Positions 9,728-19,342 of a stretch of DNA of 64,000 nt are shown one piece after another (position 1 is the first letter of the stretch; the number at the start of each line of letters is the position of its first letter). The notes beneath the pieces were generated by a model. That model did no database searches. It was not told the DNA's origin and saw only the letters and a list, made by a program, of their open reading frames with translations. This stretch comes from Acidimicrobiales bacterium. GTDB lineage: Bacteria > Actinomycetota > Acidimicrobiia > Acidimicrobiales > Aldehydirespiratoraceae. A program made the position numbers and the translations under genes. Where the stretch lies: positions 11,158 to 75,157 of the forward strand of contig JAQWLJ010000046.1 of assembly GCA_029247365.1 (NCBI GenBank), written 5' to 3'.

Positions 9728-10135
9728 CTAGAAGTCTGGGCCGGAGTTCCGCTCGCGGAAGAGGCCGTCGAAGTCGAACGAGCCGTTTTCGTCAAGAAAC
9801 TGCTCCTTCACCTTCTCTCGGTCGGCGAGTTCGCTCTCCGGATCGATGACAGGGTTGAGCTCTGCGCGATACGGATTACCGAACGGATTCGAACCCCACC
9901 TGTTGCTGGTAGGGGAACTGGGAGCGAACAACAGGTACAACAGCAGCAGCACGTTCAGACCTGGCAACACGCCCAGTAAGACGGCGTAGCCAGCTGGTTC
10001 GATGACAAAGTCGTCGGTCACGGGATACCTGTAGGTGGTCCATTGAGCACCCGCCGCAAGACTCGCGCAGAGCAGCAGCGCCAAGAGCAGGAACCGCAGA
10101 CGGCCGATCCGTCCTCCACCGGTCAGGAAGCTCAT
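9728..10135 (-). CDS. Small membrane protein (DUF805-like N-terminus)
   Basis: GRIGRLRFLLLALLL followed by two hydrophobic helices. The C-terminal tail is hydrophilic. TAG stop. Confidence 0.5.
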   Translation of the reverse strand: MSFLTGGGRIGRLRFLLLALLLCASLAAGAQWTTYRYPVTDDFVIEPAGYAVLLGVLPGLNVLLLLYLLFAPSSPTSNRWGSNPFGNPYRAELNPVIDPESELADREKVKEQFLDENGSFDFDGLFRERNSGPDF

Positions 10136-10169
10136 GGCTCTTCCGCGGCAGGTGCCTCACCAAACATGA

Positions 10170-11213
10170 ATGCCACTCCTCGGAACCCTCATCTTCGCCA
10201 GCTCTCTCCTTGGCTTTGATGGCGACCTCACGGTCCTACTCAAGTTCGGTAGCGATGACCCTACGGCGGCTCTGACGGCGCATGCCGAGGCAGTCCTCAA
10301 CCGTGATGTCACCCCTACCAGCGGGCAGGGCCATGACGGCAAGTACTTCTTTCTGCAGGCGCTTGACCCCTTGTATCTCTCCCCCGACGAGCACGCGGTC
10401 CACCTGGATCGCCCCGAGTATCGGGCGCAACGAATGCTCTTCCCACTCGTGGCGGGCTTGGGCGGGCTTCTGTCACCCGGGGCCGTGCTGTGGTCAATGC
10501 CACTCGTCAACATCGCCGCGATCGCACTTGGGACGCTCGGCACTGCAAGGCTTGCGCAGCGTCTCGATGGTTCGGCATGGCTCGGGCTCGCCTTCACTCT
10601 GAACCCGGGCATCATCTACTCGTCCATCATCTCCGGCGCAGGAATCGTTGCGTTCGCGTGCGCCATCTGGGGGACGTTGGCCATTGTCGACGGGCGTAGC
10701 CGGTCTGCGGTCCTGTGGTTCGTCGCCGCGGTCCTTGCCCGAGAGGTCATGCTTTTGTACCTGGTTGGCGTGTGCTGCCACCGACTGCTCGTCACCCACC
10801 GCATCCCGTGGGCTCTCGGCGCCATCCCGACGCTGAGCGTGTTCGCATGGATGGGCTACCTACACCTCCGCCTCGACTCGCCCGCTGAAGTCACGGAGAT
10901 CCAAGAGTTCGGTCCTCCGTTCGTCGGAATCCTCGACGTATTCGACAACTGGCTAAGCGACCCGATCGAACTCGCCATCATCCTCGGCCTCATCGCCATG
11001 ATGCCGCTATTGGCGCTCCGTGCAATACAGCGGCCGAACCCGCTTGCGTGGGGTGCGCTCGGCTTCATACCCCTTGCGACGCTGATGACGAGTCAAGTCT
11101 GGTTGAACTTCTTTGACATCAGTAGAGCGATCACGCCGATCGTGACCGCCTACGCGTTGACCGTGCTTACCGCACCGCGTCGTACACGGGATGACGCTGC
11201 TTCGCCTTCGTGA
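10170..11213 (+). CDS. Polytopic integral membrane protein of unknown function
   Basis: 347 aa with at least 8 hydrophobic segments and good codon bias. The HDGKYFF segment in the first loop resembles glycopolymer-assembly membrane proteins, but that similarity is weak. Confidence 0.6.
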   Translation: MPLLGTLIFASSLLGFDGDLTVLLKFGSDDPTAALTAHAEAVLNRDVTPTSGQGHDGKYFFLQALDPLYLSPDEHAVHLDRPEYRAQRMLFPLVAGLGGLLSPGAVLWSMPLVNIAAIALGTLGTARLAQRLDGSAWLGLAFTLNPGIIYSSIISGAGIVAFACAIWGTLAIVDGRSRSAVLWFVAAVLAREVMLLYLVGVCCHRLLVTHRIPWALGAIPTLSVFAWMGYLHLRLDSPAEVTEIQEFGPPFVGILDVFDNWLSDPIELAIILGLIAMMPLLALRAIQRPNPLAWGALGFIPLATLMTSQVWLNFFDISRAITPIVTAYALTVLTAPRRTRDDAASPS

Positions 11214-12279
11214 ACACGATCTGGAAGAGCTGCATCGCCCGGACTCGAAATCCAGCAGCAGAACCGAGCAGGTAGTACTCCCAGGTCCGGCGGAAATGCT
11301 CGTCGTAGTGCGGAATCTTGTCCCAGCGCTCGCCGATGCGGCGATGCCATTCCATCAGGGTTCGATCGTAGTCAGGGCCAAAGTTGTGCACGTCCTCGAT
11401 CGACCACACGTTCTCCGTCGCCCGAGCGATCTGGCCGAGCGACGGCAGGACACCACCCGGAAAGATGTATTTGTCGAACCATGGATCGGTGTGCGTCTTC
11501 CACTCGTTCGACCCGATCGTGTGGTGGAGCATCATTCCATCCGGCGTGAGCAACTCGTCGCACTTTTCGAAGAACGTGCCGAGGTTCTGGGGCCCTACCG
11601 CCTCCATCATCCCGATCGATGAGATGCGATCGAACTCGCCGGCCATCTCGCGGTAGTCGACCTGTTCAATGCGGATCGGCAGCCCCTTCGTCTTCTCGCG
11701 AGCGACCTTCACCTGCTCGATCGCAGGGCTGATACCGGTGACGTCAACGCCGAACCGTTCGGCTGCGAACTGGGCGAAACCACCCCAACCACACCCAATG
11801 TCGAGCAGGCGCATTCCGGGCTCGAGCTTGAGCTTGCGGCAGACGAGATCGAGCTTGGCTTCCTGTGCAGAGTCGAGATCGTCAGCGTCACGCCAATAGG
11901 CACACGTGTAGATCATCCGTTTGTCGAGCATCTGCTCGAACAGATCATTTCCGATGTCGTAATGCGCTGACGCATTCTTTTTCGCGTTGGCGACGTCCTG
12001 CCGGTTGCTGAACCGGCTCGCAAAGGCAAGTTTCAACAACGCGAACGATGGTTTGACAACGTCTTGCAGGTTGGTCTCCTGAGCGACGCTCAGGAACTCA
12101 TCGAGCTGGTTCGCAGTCCACCACCCCTCCTGGTAGGTCTCGCCCAACCCGAGCTCGCGATCGCGGATGATGCGCTTGTAGAGCCGCTCATCGTGAATGT
12201 GGATGTCGGCCGGGCTGTCACCGCCAACCGTCACGCCGATCTCACTCAAGGTGTCATGCACGAACTGCTTGGCGTCCAT
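11167..12279 (-). CDS. cfa: Cyclopropane-fatty-acyl-phospholipid (mycolic acid type) synthase family methyltransferase
   Basis: SAM motif LLDIGCGWGGFAQFAAERFG with CMAS-family N- and C-terminal regions. ATG at 12279 is preceded by GGAGG. Confidence 0.88.
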   Translation of the reverse strand: MDAKQFVHDTLSEIGVTVGGDSPADIHIHDERLYKRIIRDRELGLGETYQEGWWTANQLDEFLSVAQETNLQDVVKPSFALLKLAFASRFSNRQDVANAKKNASAHYDIGNDLFEQMLDKRMIYTCAYWRDADDLDSAQEAKLDLVCRKLKLEPGMRLLDIGCGWGGFAQFAAERFGVDVTGISPAIEQVKVAREKTKGLPIRIEQVDYREMAGEFDRISSIGMMEAVGPQNLGTFFEKCDELLTPDGMMLHHTIGSNEWKTHTDPWFDKYIFPGGVLPSLGQIARATENVWSIEDVHNFGPDYDRTLMEWHRRIGERWDKIPHYDEHFRRTWEYYLLGSAAGFRVRAMQLFQIVFTKAKQRHPVYDAVR

Positions 12280-12867
12280 CTGGCGCTCCTCCCCCGTTGA
12301 CTGCGCCAGTCTCTCGCCCAAGCGTAGGTTTGGCCACCTCGCGACCACCTGACTGCCTCACAGGACTCCGCAACCGAAGCGAACACCGCGAATGATGAAC
12401 TCGTACGTCACTCGATCAGCAGCAACACGACGAGGGGGCAGCTTTTGAGGCGCATGCATCGTCAACGCCGTGCAACGGGCAGTTCGACCGGGCAGGGATT
12501 CTCACGCCCAGCACCACAACCCGATGCGGGACTCGACCCGGCTCGACGGTTCACCCTTTGACCAAGACCCGGTTGCCGAGGTCTGGGGTGCCAACTCGAC
12601 TGTTCCTGCCTGCGGGCTCTCACGCAGCGATCCCGCGCATCGAGCTCACACTTCCTCCGAGGCGGATGTTGAGCTCATGCTCGTCACCGCCGCCGATCTC
12701 GGTGCTTAGGCCGTCACCCAACGTCACAGCTCCAACCCGTTGGCCGAAGGCAAGGACCGCGAGAGCATCGCCGGACTCCGCGCGTCGATGGGCATCTGTG
12801 CCCGTTCAGCTTCGAACATCCGCTCACGGCCACGGCTTCTGAGCCACCGTTTCAGGCGATGAGCGCG

Positions 12868-12941
12868 TACCCCTGACAGGACTCGAACCTGCAACCGCCG
12901 GGGTAGAAACCCGGAGCTCTATCCAGTTGAGCTACAGGGGC
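12868..12941 (-). tRNA. tRNA-Arg (anticodon TCT)
   Basis: Hand-folded cloverleaf: GCCCCTG / GCTC…GAGC / CCGGG-TTTCTAC-CCCGG / GCAGG-TTCGAGT-CCTGT / CAGGGGT. No encoded CCA. Confidence 0.9.
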
Positions 12942-13018
12942 AAGGTCAGGTTATCGGTGTGTCGGCCCCGGTCGGGGGGCGATACACTCGCCACTCGCTC
13001 CATCCTTCGGGGTGGCGT

Positions 13019-13093
13019 GGTGGGCGTAGCTCAGTTGGTTAGAGCGCCTGGTTGTGGTCCAGGAGGTCGGGGGTTCGAATCCCCTCGTTCACC
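13019..13093 (+). tRNA. tRNA-His (anticodon GTG) with G-1
   Basis: An extra 5' G precedes the acceptor GTGGGCG. Anticodon arm CCTGG-TTGTGGT-CCAGG, T arm GGGGG-TTCGAAT-CCCCT, discriminator C. Confidence 0.92.
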
Positions 13094-13121
13094 CGTAGAA
13101 TTTCTCTCCAGAGCGATTCCT

Positions 13122-13194
13122 GCACCTCTAGCTCAATTGGTAGAGCATCGGACTCTTAATCCGCAGGTTCTGGGTTCAAGTCCCAGGGGGTGTA
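13122..13194 (+). tRNA. tRNA-Lys (anticodon CTT)
   Basis: Acceptor GCACCTC / GGGGTGT, D arm GCTC…GAGC, anticodon loop CTCTTAA, T arm CTGGG-TTCAAGT-CCCAG. Confidence 0.9.
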
Positions 13195-13245
13195 CACAGC
13201 GTCTCCGCTGCAAGGACATAGCGTCCTCGCACCGGGGACAACGCA

Positions 13246-13283
13246 AGAACGCCAGGCTTCGGCCTGGCGTTCTGTCATTTTCG
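13246..13283 (+). terminator. Rho-independent-type terminator after the tRNA-His/Lys pair
   Basis: Perfect 12-bp stem AGAACGCCAGGC / GCCTGGCGTTCT with a TTCG tetraloop, followed by GTCATTTTCGTT. Confidence 0.6.
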
Positions 13284-13318
13284 TTCCTGCCCACGACACT
13301 CGCCTAGCTTGGCGGGCC

Positions 13319-13939
13319 ATGGAACTCATCTTCGTCCGCCATGGCCGACCTGTGCACATCGAGGACGCCGACGGCGCAGCCGACCCGCCGCTCGCCGACG
13401 TCGGCCACGAGCAGGCGCAGCGCGTTGCCGACTGGTTGATGACCGCCGGCATCGACGCGCTGTACAGCAGCCCGATGAACCGGGCGCTGCAGACCGCGGC
13501 TCCATTCGCTGACGCATCAGGGCTTGCAATGAACATTCGCGATTACCTGCGGGAGTTCGACCACGAGGGTTCGTCCTACGTGCCCACCGAGGTCTTGAAG
13601 GCCACCAACCCCGAGGCATACCGCGAGCGAATCTCGGGAGGGTTTGTCGACAAAGACTTTGACGTCGTGGGCTTCCAGGCAAATGTCGTGGGTGAGGTCG
13701 ACCGGATCGTCGCCGACCATCGAGGCCAGCGCGTGGCTGTGGTGTGTCATGGCGGCGTGATCAACGCCTACCTCGGGCGTTGCCTCGAGTTCGCGCCCGA
13801 TGACTACATGAAGTTCGACGTCGACTACTCATCGATCTCGCGCGTGATGGTGTCGTCGAAGCTGCAGCGCAGCATCGCCTCGGTCAACGAGCGGCCCCAC
13901 TTCGTAGGGCGTCCCCACCTCGCCGTGCGCGGCAATTGA
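13319..13939 (+). CDS. Histidine phosphatase (phosphoglycerate mutase-like) family protein
   Basis: N-terminal RHG motif (MELIFVRHGRPVH) and a later VVCHGGVI. Start taken at the internal ATG downstream of the tRNAs. Confidence 0.8.
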   Translation: MELIFVRHGRPVHIEDADGAADPPLADVGHEQAQRVADWLMTAGIDALYSSPMNRALQTAAPFADASGLAMNIRDYLREFDHEGSSYVPTEVLKATNPEAYRERISGGFVDKDFDVVGFQANVVGEVDRIVADHRGQRVAVVCHGGVINAYLGRCLEFAPDDYMKFDVDYSSISRVMVSSKLQRSIASVNERPHFVGRPHLAVRGN

Positions 13940-14043
13940 GGAACCCCACCCGACACGAAAGCTGGCATCGCAACCGCAGTCGGAACCATGCATGGTTTCG
14001 ACGAGGTGGTCCCGCGGCGAGACAGCAGCCGGGATGAACCGAG

Positions 14044-15498
14044 CTAGGGACGGCGGATGATCCGCCCGGAACGGGTGCCGGTCACCTCGCCATTGGCGAC
14101 GACCCGCTCGCCATTGACCCAAACCCCTCGGATCCCCTCGGGGACTGTGGTCGGATCGGTGTAGGTCCCGGTATCGATAATCGTGTTCGGGTCGAACAGA
14201 ACCAGGTCGGCGAAAGCTCCCTTCCGGATCGCGCCGCGGTCCTCGAAACCAAACCGATCGGCACACATCCCAGTCATCCGATGAACTGCGTCGGCGAGTT
14301 CGAGCAAGCCCTCGTCGCGGCTGTAGTGGCCCAGCACCCGCGGATACGTGTGGTGGAGTCGGGGATGTGGGCGTGAACCACCAGGCACGCCATCGCTTCC
14401 CGTCATCACCGCTGGGTGCTGGATGACCTCGCGGACGTCGTCCTCCGACATCGAGTCGATGATGACGAAACAACTCCGACCCTCAGCTTCGACGATGCGG
14501 TCAGCCATCTCGCGACCGGTGACACCCTCGTCAGCTGCGATCGCCTCGATGGTGTGGCCTTCCCAATGAGGGTTGCCGGGGGCTGCCGCGATCAGCAGAT
14601 CCTTCGGCTGGACGTGCGCGAACGCCGACGGTCCGTCCAGCGCTCCCGCCCCGACGATCTGCTCGAGCAAGGTGCTCCCTCGGGTGTACGGGTACTGGTC
14701 TGCCATGACGTCGACCCCTCGCTCCCGGGCGGTATCGATCGCTGCGAGCGCAGCCGCAGTCTTTCCCCAGGCGTCGCGGCCGCTTGCCTTCAGGTGCGAG
14801 ATCTGCAGCGCGACGCCGGTCGCCTCGGAGACGTCGATCGATTCCTCGATCGACGCGATCAGGTCGCGCCCTTCGTCTCGCATGTGTGTCGTGTACACAC
14901 CGCTGGCGGCCGCGACGACCTCGGCCAGGTCGACGAGTTCGTCATGGGCCGCGAACCGACCCGGTTCATAGGCGAGGCCCGACGACATACCCAGTGCACC
15001 GTCTTCGAGTGCGGCGACCACGTGCTGGATCATTGCCTCGCGTTCGCGATAGTTGGGCTCGCGGTCGGTCTTCAACCCCATGACCGCAGCCCGTACCGTT
15101 CCGTGGCCAACCAGCGCACCAACGTTGACCGCCGGTCGAGCGCTTTCGACCTCGCGGAGATAGTCGGCCAGGCGCGGATAGCGGCTGAACCCGAGCGGGT
15201 CGTCAGAGACCGGAGCCGCCGACATGCCGCAGTTGCCAACGACGACCGACGTGACGCCCTGCAGCGTCTTGCATCCGTGATCGGGATCGACCATCACGGC
15301 GATGTCGTCATGGGTGTGCACATCAATGAAGCCAGGGGCGAGCGCGAGGCCGGTCCCATCGAACTCACCGGCTTCGACCCCGGTCGACGGGCCGACGCTC
15401 ACGATCCGGTCGCCGTCAATCTCGACGTCGGCGGTGAACCCGGGACGACCACTCCCATCAAAGACTGTCACATTGCAGAAGCGGGTGATCTTGGGCAT
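14044..15498 (-). CDS. N-acyl-D-amino-acid deacylase (D-aminoacylase) family amidohydrolase
   Basis: GFIDVHTHDD metal motif, about 484 aa, with overall D-aminoacylase architecture. TAG stop. Confidence 0.8.
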   Translation of the reverse strand: MPKITRFCNVTVFDGSGRPGFTADVEIDGDRIVSVGPSTGVEAGEFDGTGLALAPGFIDVHTHDDIAVMVDPDHGCKTLQGVTSVVVGNCGMSAAPVSDDPLGFSRYPRLADYLREVESARPAVNVGALVGHGTVRAAVMGLKTDREPNYREREAMIQHVVAALEDGALGMSSGLAYEPGRFAAHDELVDLAEVVAAASGVYTTHMRDEGRDLIASIEESIDVSEATGVALQISHLKASGRDAWGKTAAALAAIDTARERGVDVMADQYPYTRGSTLLEQIVGAGALDGPSAFAHVQPKDLLIAAAPGNPHWEGHTIEAIAADEGVTGREMADRIVEAEGRSCFVIIDSMSEDDVREVIQHPAVMTGSDGVPGGSRPHPRLHHTYPRVLGHYSRDEGLLELADAVHRMTGMCADRFGFEDRGAIRKGAFADLVLFDPNTIIDTGTYTDPTTVPEGIRGVWVNGERVVANGEVTGTRSGRIIRRP

Positions 15499-15715
15499 CA
15501 AAGAGTGTCGACGGCTTCCGTTCATCTGCGCAAGCGCATCGGGTTCATTCAAGATCTCGCTGTCGTCACCGCGGTAGCTCGACCGCTCGATCGAGCGATC
15601 GATTCCGCCGCTGCCGCACGGTCACACCTGATCGACGCTCCCCACATATCCCTCTCCAACCGCACCCGACGCCCGAAGCGTTTCCGCGCCCTCCACCAAC
15701 CCACATGCTCTACTG

Positions 15716-15907
15716 ATGGGCATCTTCGACGTGCCCGACGACCTCGACGAACCCGACCCGAACCGCCTTCGCGAATGCGCCTATTGGCGGTGCGGTGAGC
15801 TGTTCGAGGCCCGGACAGCGAACCAGGTGTTCTGCCGCAAGGCGTGTCGCAGCCGGCAGCGGAAATGGGAGCGAGCAGTTCAGCGTCGGGCCCGCAACCT
15901 GCGCTAG
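15716..15907 (+). CDS. Small 4-Cys zinc-ribbon-like basic protein
   Basis: 63 aa with high GC3. The sequence C-AYWR-C…F-C-RKA-C-RSRQRKWE provides four Cys in two pairs followed by an Arg-rich tail. Confidence 0.5.
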   Translation: MGIFDVPDDLDEPDPNRLRECAYWRCGELFEARTANQVFCRKACRSRQRKWERAVQRRARNLR

Positions 15908-15923
15908 CGCGTAAAGTCCGGCG

Positions 15924-17114
15924 ATGGAGATCGACCTGCTGTCCGTCGCTGGATACGCCGGCTCCCAGCCGAACGAACAGTTCGCGTGGCTTCGGACGAA
16001 CGCGCCGGTCTACCGGCACCCAGAACCCGACGGCCCGGGCTTCTGGGCGATCACCCGCTACGACGACGTCAAGGCGGTCGGACGCGACCACCAGACGTTT
16101 TCATCGCAGCCGACAATCATGATCGCCGACGGTTCCGACGAACCGAGTCCGTTTGCTGATCACACCATGCTGCTCGTCGCCGATCCTCCACTCCACACGC
16201 GGATGCGTCGCCTCGTCAGTCGAGAGTTCACCCCTCGCGCGGCGACCGCCCTGCAACCTCGGATCCGGCAGCTTGCCGCCCTGATCATCGACCAGGTCGC
16301 CGGCCGTGGCGAGTGCGACCTTGTCGCCGACATCGCAGGCGAGATGCCGAGCTTGGTGATTGCCGAGATGCTCGGCATCTCCCACGACGAAGGCCGACGT
16401 CTCTATCACTGCACCGAGACGATCCACGCGAGTACTGAGGTGGCAAGCCGCGAGGAACGAGGCGACGCCATCATGACCATGTTCATGTCGGCGCAGGCTG
16501 CGTATGCAGACAAGAGAGCAAACCCAACCAACGACCTCGGCTCGTTGATCGCGCACGGCGCGGTCGATGGCGAGCTGGTCGACGCGATTGATTTCTTCCT
16601 GTGGTTCATGCTCCTCGTCGATGCTGGAGGCGACACCACCAGGAACCTCGTCGGCGGTGGGCTTCAAGCGCTGTTCGAGCATCCTGACCAGCTAGCACTG
16701 CTGCGCTCCGATATCGATGCTCACCTCAGCTCGGCACGAGAGGAAATGCTGCGATGGGTCAGCCCTGTGGTGTACATGCGCCGCACCGCTACGACCGATA
16801 CCGAGATCGCCGGGCAGGCGGTAGAGGCTGGCGACAAGGTCGTCGTGTACTACGGCGCCGCCAACCGCGACCCATCGGCATTCGACGAACCCGACCGGTT
16901 CGACATCACTCGCTCGCCCAATCCCCACGTTGCGTTCGGGGGCGGTGGCCCGCACTACTGCCTCGGTGCGAACCTCGCCCGACTCGAGATCGACGCAATC
17001 CTGCGCGAACTTCTCACCCGACTCCCCGACCTCGAACCCGCCGGTCCCGTGGAGTGGATGGGCTCGAACTTCATCTTCGGTCCAAGCTGCATGCCGGTGC
17101 GGTTCAGCCCTTGA
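15924..17114 (+). CDS. Cytochrome P450
   Basis: Heme loop FGGGGPHYCLGANLA and ExxR (EEMLRW). 396 aa. Confidence 0.93.
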   Translation: MEIDLLSVAGYAGSQPNEQFAWLRTNAPVYRHPEPDGPGFWAITRYDDVKAVGRDHQTFSSQPTIMIADGSDEPSPFADHTMLLVADPPLHTRMRRLVSREFTPRAATALQPRIRQLAALIIDQVAGRGECDLVADIAGEMPSLVIAEMLGISHDEGRRLYHCTETIHASTEVASREERGDAIMTMFMSAQAAYADKRANPTNDLGSLIAHGAVDGELVDAIDFFLWFMLLVDAGGDTTRNLVGGGLQALFEHPDQLALLRSDIDAHLSSAREEMLRWVSPVVYMRRTATTDTEIAGQAVEAGDKVVVYYGAANRDPSAFDEPDRFDITRSPNPHVAFGGGGPHYCLGANLARLEIDAILRELLTRLPDLEPAGPVEWMGSNFIFGPSCMPVRFSP

Positions 17115-18588
17115 GCAATGCTTCCGCGGCCTGCAGCTCGGGCGCCAGATATCGATCCGGGCCGATGCCCGGCACGTGAGCGCGCAGCTCGGCGATCATT
17201 GCACTCGTGCCATCGGCCGGCTGCAGGGGTGCCCGCATCTCGACGGCTCGGGCGCCGGCGACATACTCGACCGCAAGGATCCGGCGAACGTTGTCGATGA
17301 CCTTGCGGAGCTTGCGGACCGCAAGCCAGGCCATCGACACGTGGTCTTCCTGCATACCCGAGGTCGGGATTGAGTCGACCGACGAGGGGCAGGCGAGACG
17401 CTTGTTCTCCGAAGCGAGTGCTGCAGCGGTGTAGTGGCCGATCATCAGACCACTGTCGACGCCGACTTCTTCGGCGAGGAACGGTGGCAGACCGTAGCTG
17501 CGGGTGCGATCGAGCAGGCGATCCGTACGTCGCTCTGCGATCGCCCCGATCTCCGCCACCGCGATCGCAAGGAAGTCGGCAGCGAAGCCGAGTGGCGCAC
17601 CGTGGAAGTTGCCGCACGACTCGACGCGTCCGTCGGGCAGCACCATCGGGTTGTCGATTGCAGCGCCGAGTTCGTTGGTAGCGACGGCTCGGCAGTGCGC
17701 AAGCGTGTCGTAGACGGCGCCGTGGACCGCAGGCGTGCAGCGGACCGAGTACGCGTCCTGCACGCGGGTGTCGTCTGGCGTGTCGTGGCTGGCGACGATT
17801 GGCGACCCGGCAAGCACGGCCCGAGTGTTGGCAGCCGAGACCCGCTGGCCGGGCTGGGGGCGCAGCGCCTGGAGGTCATCGGCGAAGGGCGCGTCGGTGG
17901 CGAGCAGGCCCTCGATGGTGATGGCCACGATCGAGTCCGCCTGCTCAGTGAGGCGAGCAGCGTCGTGAACGGCCAGACAGAGCTGCCCAAGGATCCCGTC
18001 GGTGCCGTTGATGAGGGCCAAACCCTCTTTCTCGACAAGCTCGAGCGAGTCGATACCTGCGGCGGCGAGTGCGTCTGCCGCTTCGGTAACCGCACCATCG
18101 ACTCGCACCTGGCCTTCACCGAGCAAGGTCATCGCCGCATGGGACAGCGGTGCGAGGTCACCGCTCGCACCCAGCGAACCGTACTCGGGCACAAGGGGCG
18201 TAATGCCAGCGTTCAGCAGCGCGACCATCGTTTCGGCGATGACCGGTCGGGTCCCGCTGTAGCCGAGCGCGAGGGTACGGGCTCGCAGGAACACCATCGC
18301 CCGTACCACCTCATCCTCGACCGGATCACCCATGCCCGCCGCATGCGAACGCACGAGGGCGACCTGTAGGGCGCGCCGACGCTCAGGGGGGATCGCAACC
18401 GTGGCGAGCGCGCCGAAGCCGGTGGAGATACCGTACTTGGGCTCGCCCTCGGCCAGACGAGCGACCACTGCTCGGCTCGCAGCCATTCGGTCTATCGCTG
18501 CATCGCTGAGCACGACCTCGGCACCGAACCGGGCGACTGCGACGACGTCGTCGATGGTGGCGCCACCTCCGTCGAGCACGATCGTCAT
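17104..18588 (-). CDS. hutH: Histidine ammonia-lyase
   Basis: MIO-forming GASGDLAPLSH. The ATG overlaps the iclR stop (ATGA). Confidence 0.95.
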   Translation of the reverse strand: MTIVLDGGGATIDDVVAVARFGAEVVLSDAAIDRMAASRAVVARLAEGEPKYGISTGFGALATVAIPPERRRALQVALVRSHAAGMGDPVEDEVVRAMVFLRARTLALGYSGTRPVIAETMVALLNAGITPLVPEYGSLGASGDLAPLSHAAMTLLGEGQVRVDGAVTEAADALAAAGIDSLELVEKEGLALINGTDGILGQLCLAVHDAARLTEQADSIVAITIEGLLATDAPFADDLQALRPQPGQRVSAANTRAVLAGSPIVASHDTPDDTRVQDAYSVRCTPAVHGAVYDTLAHCRAVATNELGAAIDNPMVLPDGRVESCGNFHGAPLGFAADFLAIAVAEIGAIAERRTDRLLDRTRSYGLPPFLAEEVGVDSGLMIGHYTAAALASENKRLACPSSVDSIPTSGMQEDHVSMAWLAVRKLRKVIDNVRRILAVEYVAGARAVEMRAPLQPADGTSAMIAELRAHVPGIGPDRYLAPELQAAEALLKG

Positions 18589-19277
18589 CGCAGGACCTCC
18601 AGGCGAAGGTCATCGCTGAGTGCATCGATGGCTCGGGTCAACTCTGCTTCGAAGTGTGGGATTGACTCGTCGTCGAACCGATGCGCGGGACCGACAATCG
18701 AGATTGCCGCCGTTCCTGCCCACACACCGGGGAGCCCGTGGCTCACCGCGCTGATGTCGGCCTCGAGCCCACCGCTGCGAAATACCGGCGTTCCGGGGGC
18801 GGCCAGTGCGGCGCCGATTGCGGTGCGTTCGTGGGGTAGTCGCTGACCAATCCATCCGACGTGCCGGATTGCCCGTTCGGTCTGGGCGGTCGCGACATAG
18901 ACGATTGAGTCATCGTCGATGACGCCAAGGTACGCAGACTCTCCTGCGGCCGACGCAAGCCGCTCGAGATGCGGTTGCGCACGTCGAGCGAGAGCTGCGA
19001 CCTCGTCGCCATCGTCGAGCGCCTCGGCGAGTGCCCGCACCGCCGGTCCGGCGGTGTAGGCGCCATCGGCGTCGCGCTCGATGTACCCGCGCGCGACTAA
19101 TGCCTGCAGGTATCGCCGTGCCGTGGTCGGCGTGAGTTCGACCTCGACCGCGGCTTCGGTAAGGGAGCACGAACCGCGGCCGACGACGGTCTCGAACAGG
19201 TCGAAGACCCTCGCAATCGAACGGGGAACCGACGGATCGACACTCGTCACGATGTCATGTGGTGACAATGCTGTCAT
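18585..19277 (-). CDS. IclR-family transcriptional regulator (HutR-like by context)
   Basis: N-terminal wHTH ([28 protein letters not shown]) plus an IclR effector domain. It sits upstream of and is coupled to hutH, and is divergent from hutU. Confidence 0.85.
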   Translation of the reverse strand: MTALSPHDIVTSVDPSVPRSIARVFDLFETVVGRGSCSLTEAAVEVELTPTTARRYLQALVARGYIERDADGAYTAGPAVRALAEALDDGDEVAALARRAQPHLERLASAAGESAYLGVIDDDSIVYVATAQTERAIRHVGWIGQRLPHERTAIGAALAAPGTPVFRSGGLEADISAVSHGLPGVWAGTAAISIVGPAHRFDDESIPHFEAELTRAIDALSDDLRLEVLR

Positions 19278-19280
19278 TGA

Positions 19281-19324
19281 TTGACACCCTAAGAACGATC
19301 GACGCACACTGCAAGCATGCATGC
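19281..19324 (+). promoter_or_regulatory. Candidate hutU promoter and palindromic operator
   Basis: TTGACA (19281-19286), an 18-nt spacer, then CACACT. A perfect 10-bp palindrome GCATGCATGC lies at 19315-19324, just upstream of the hutU RBS. Confidence 0.3.
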
Positions 19325-19342
19325 AGCGAAACCAGAGGAAGC

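Noticed and set aside
12927-13307. The 126-aa ORF spanning the tRNA cluster.
   Set aside because: It reads through tRNA-His and tRNA-Lys (…GVAQLVRAPG…AQLVEHRTLNPQVLGSSPRG…), a classic tRNA translation artefact.
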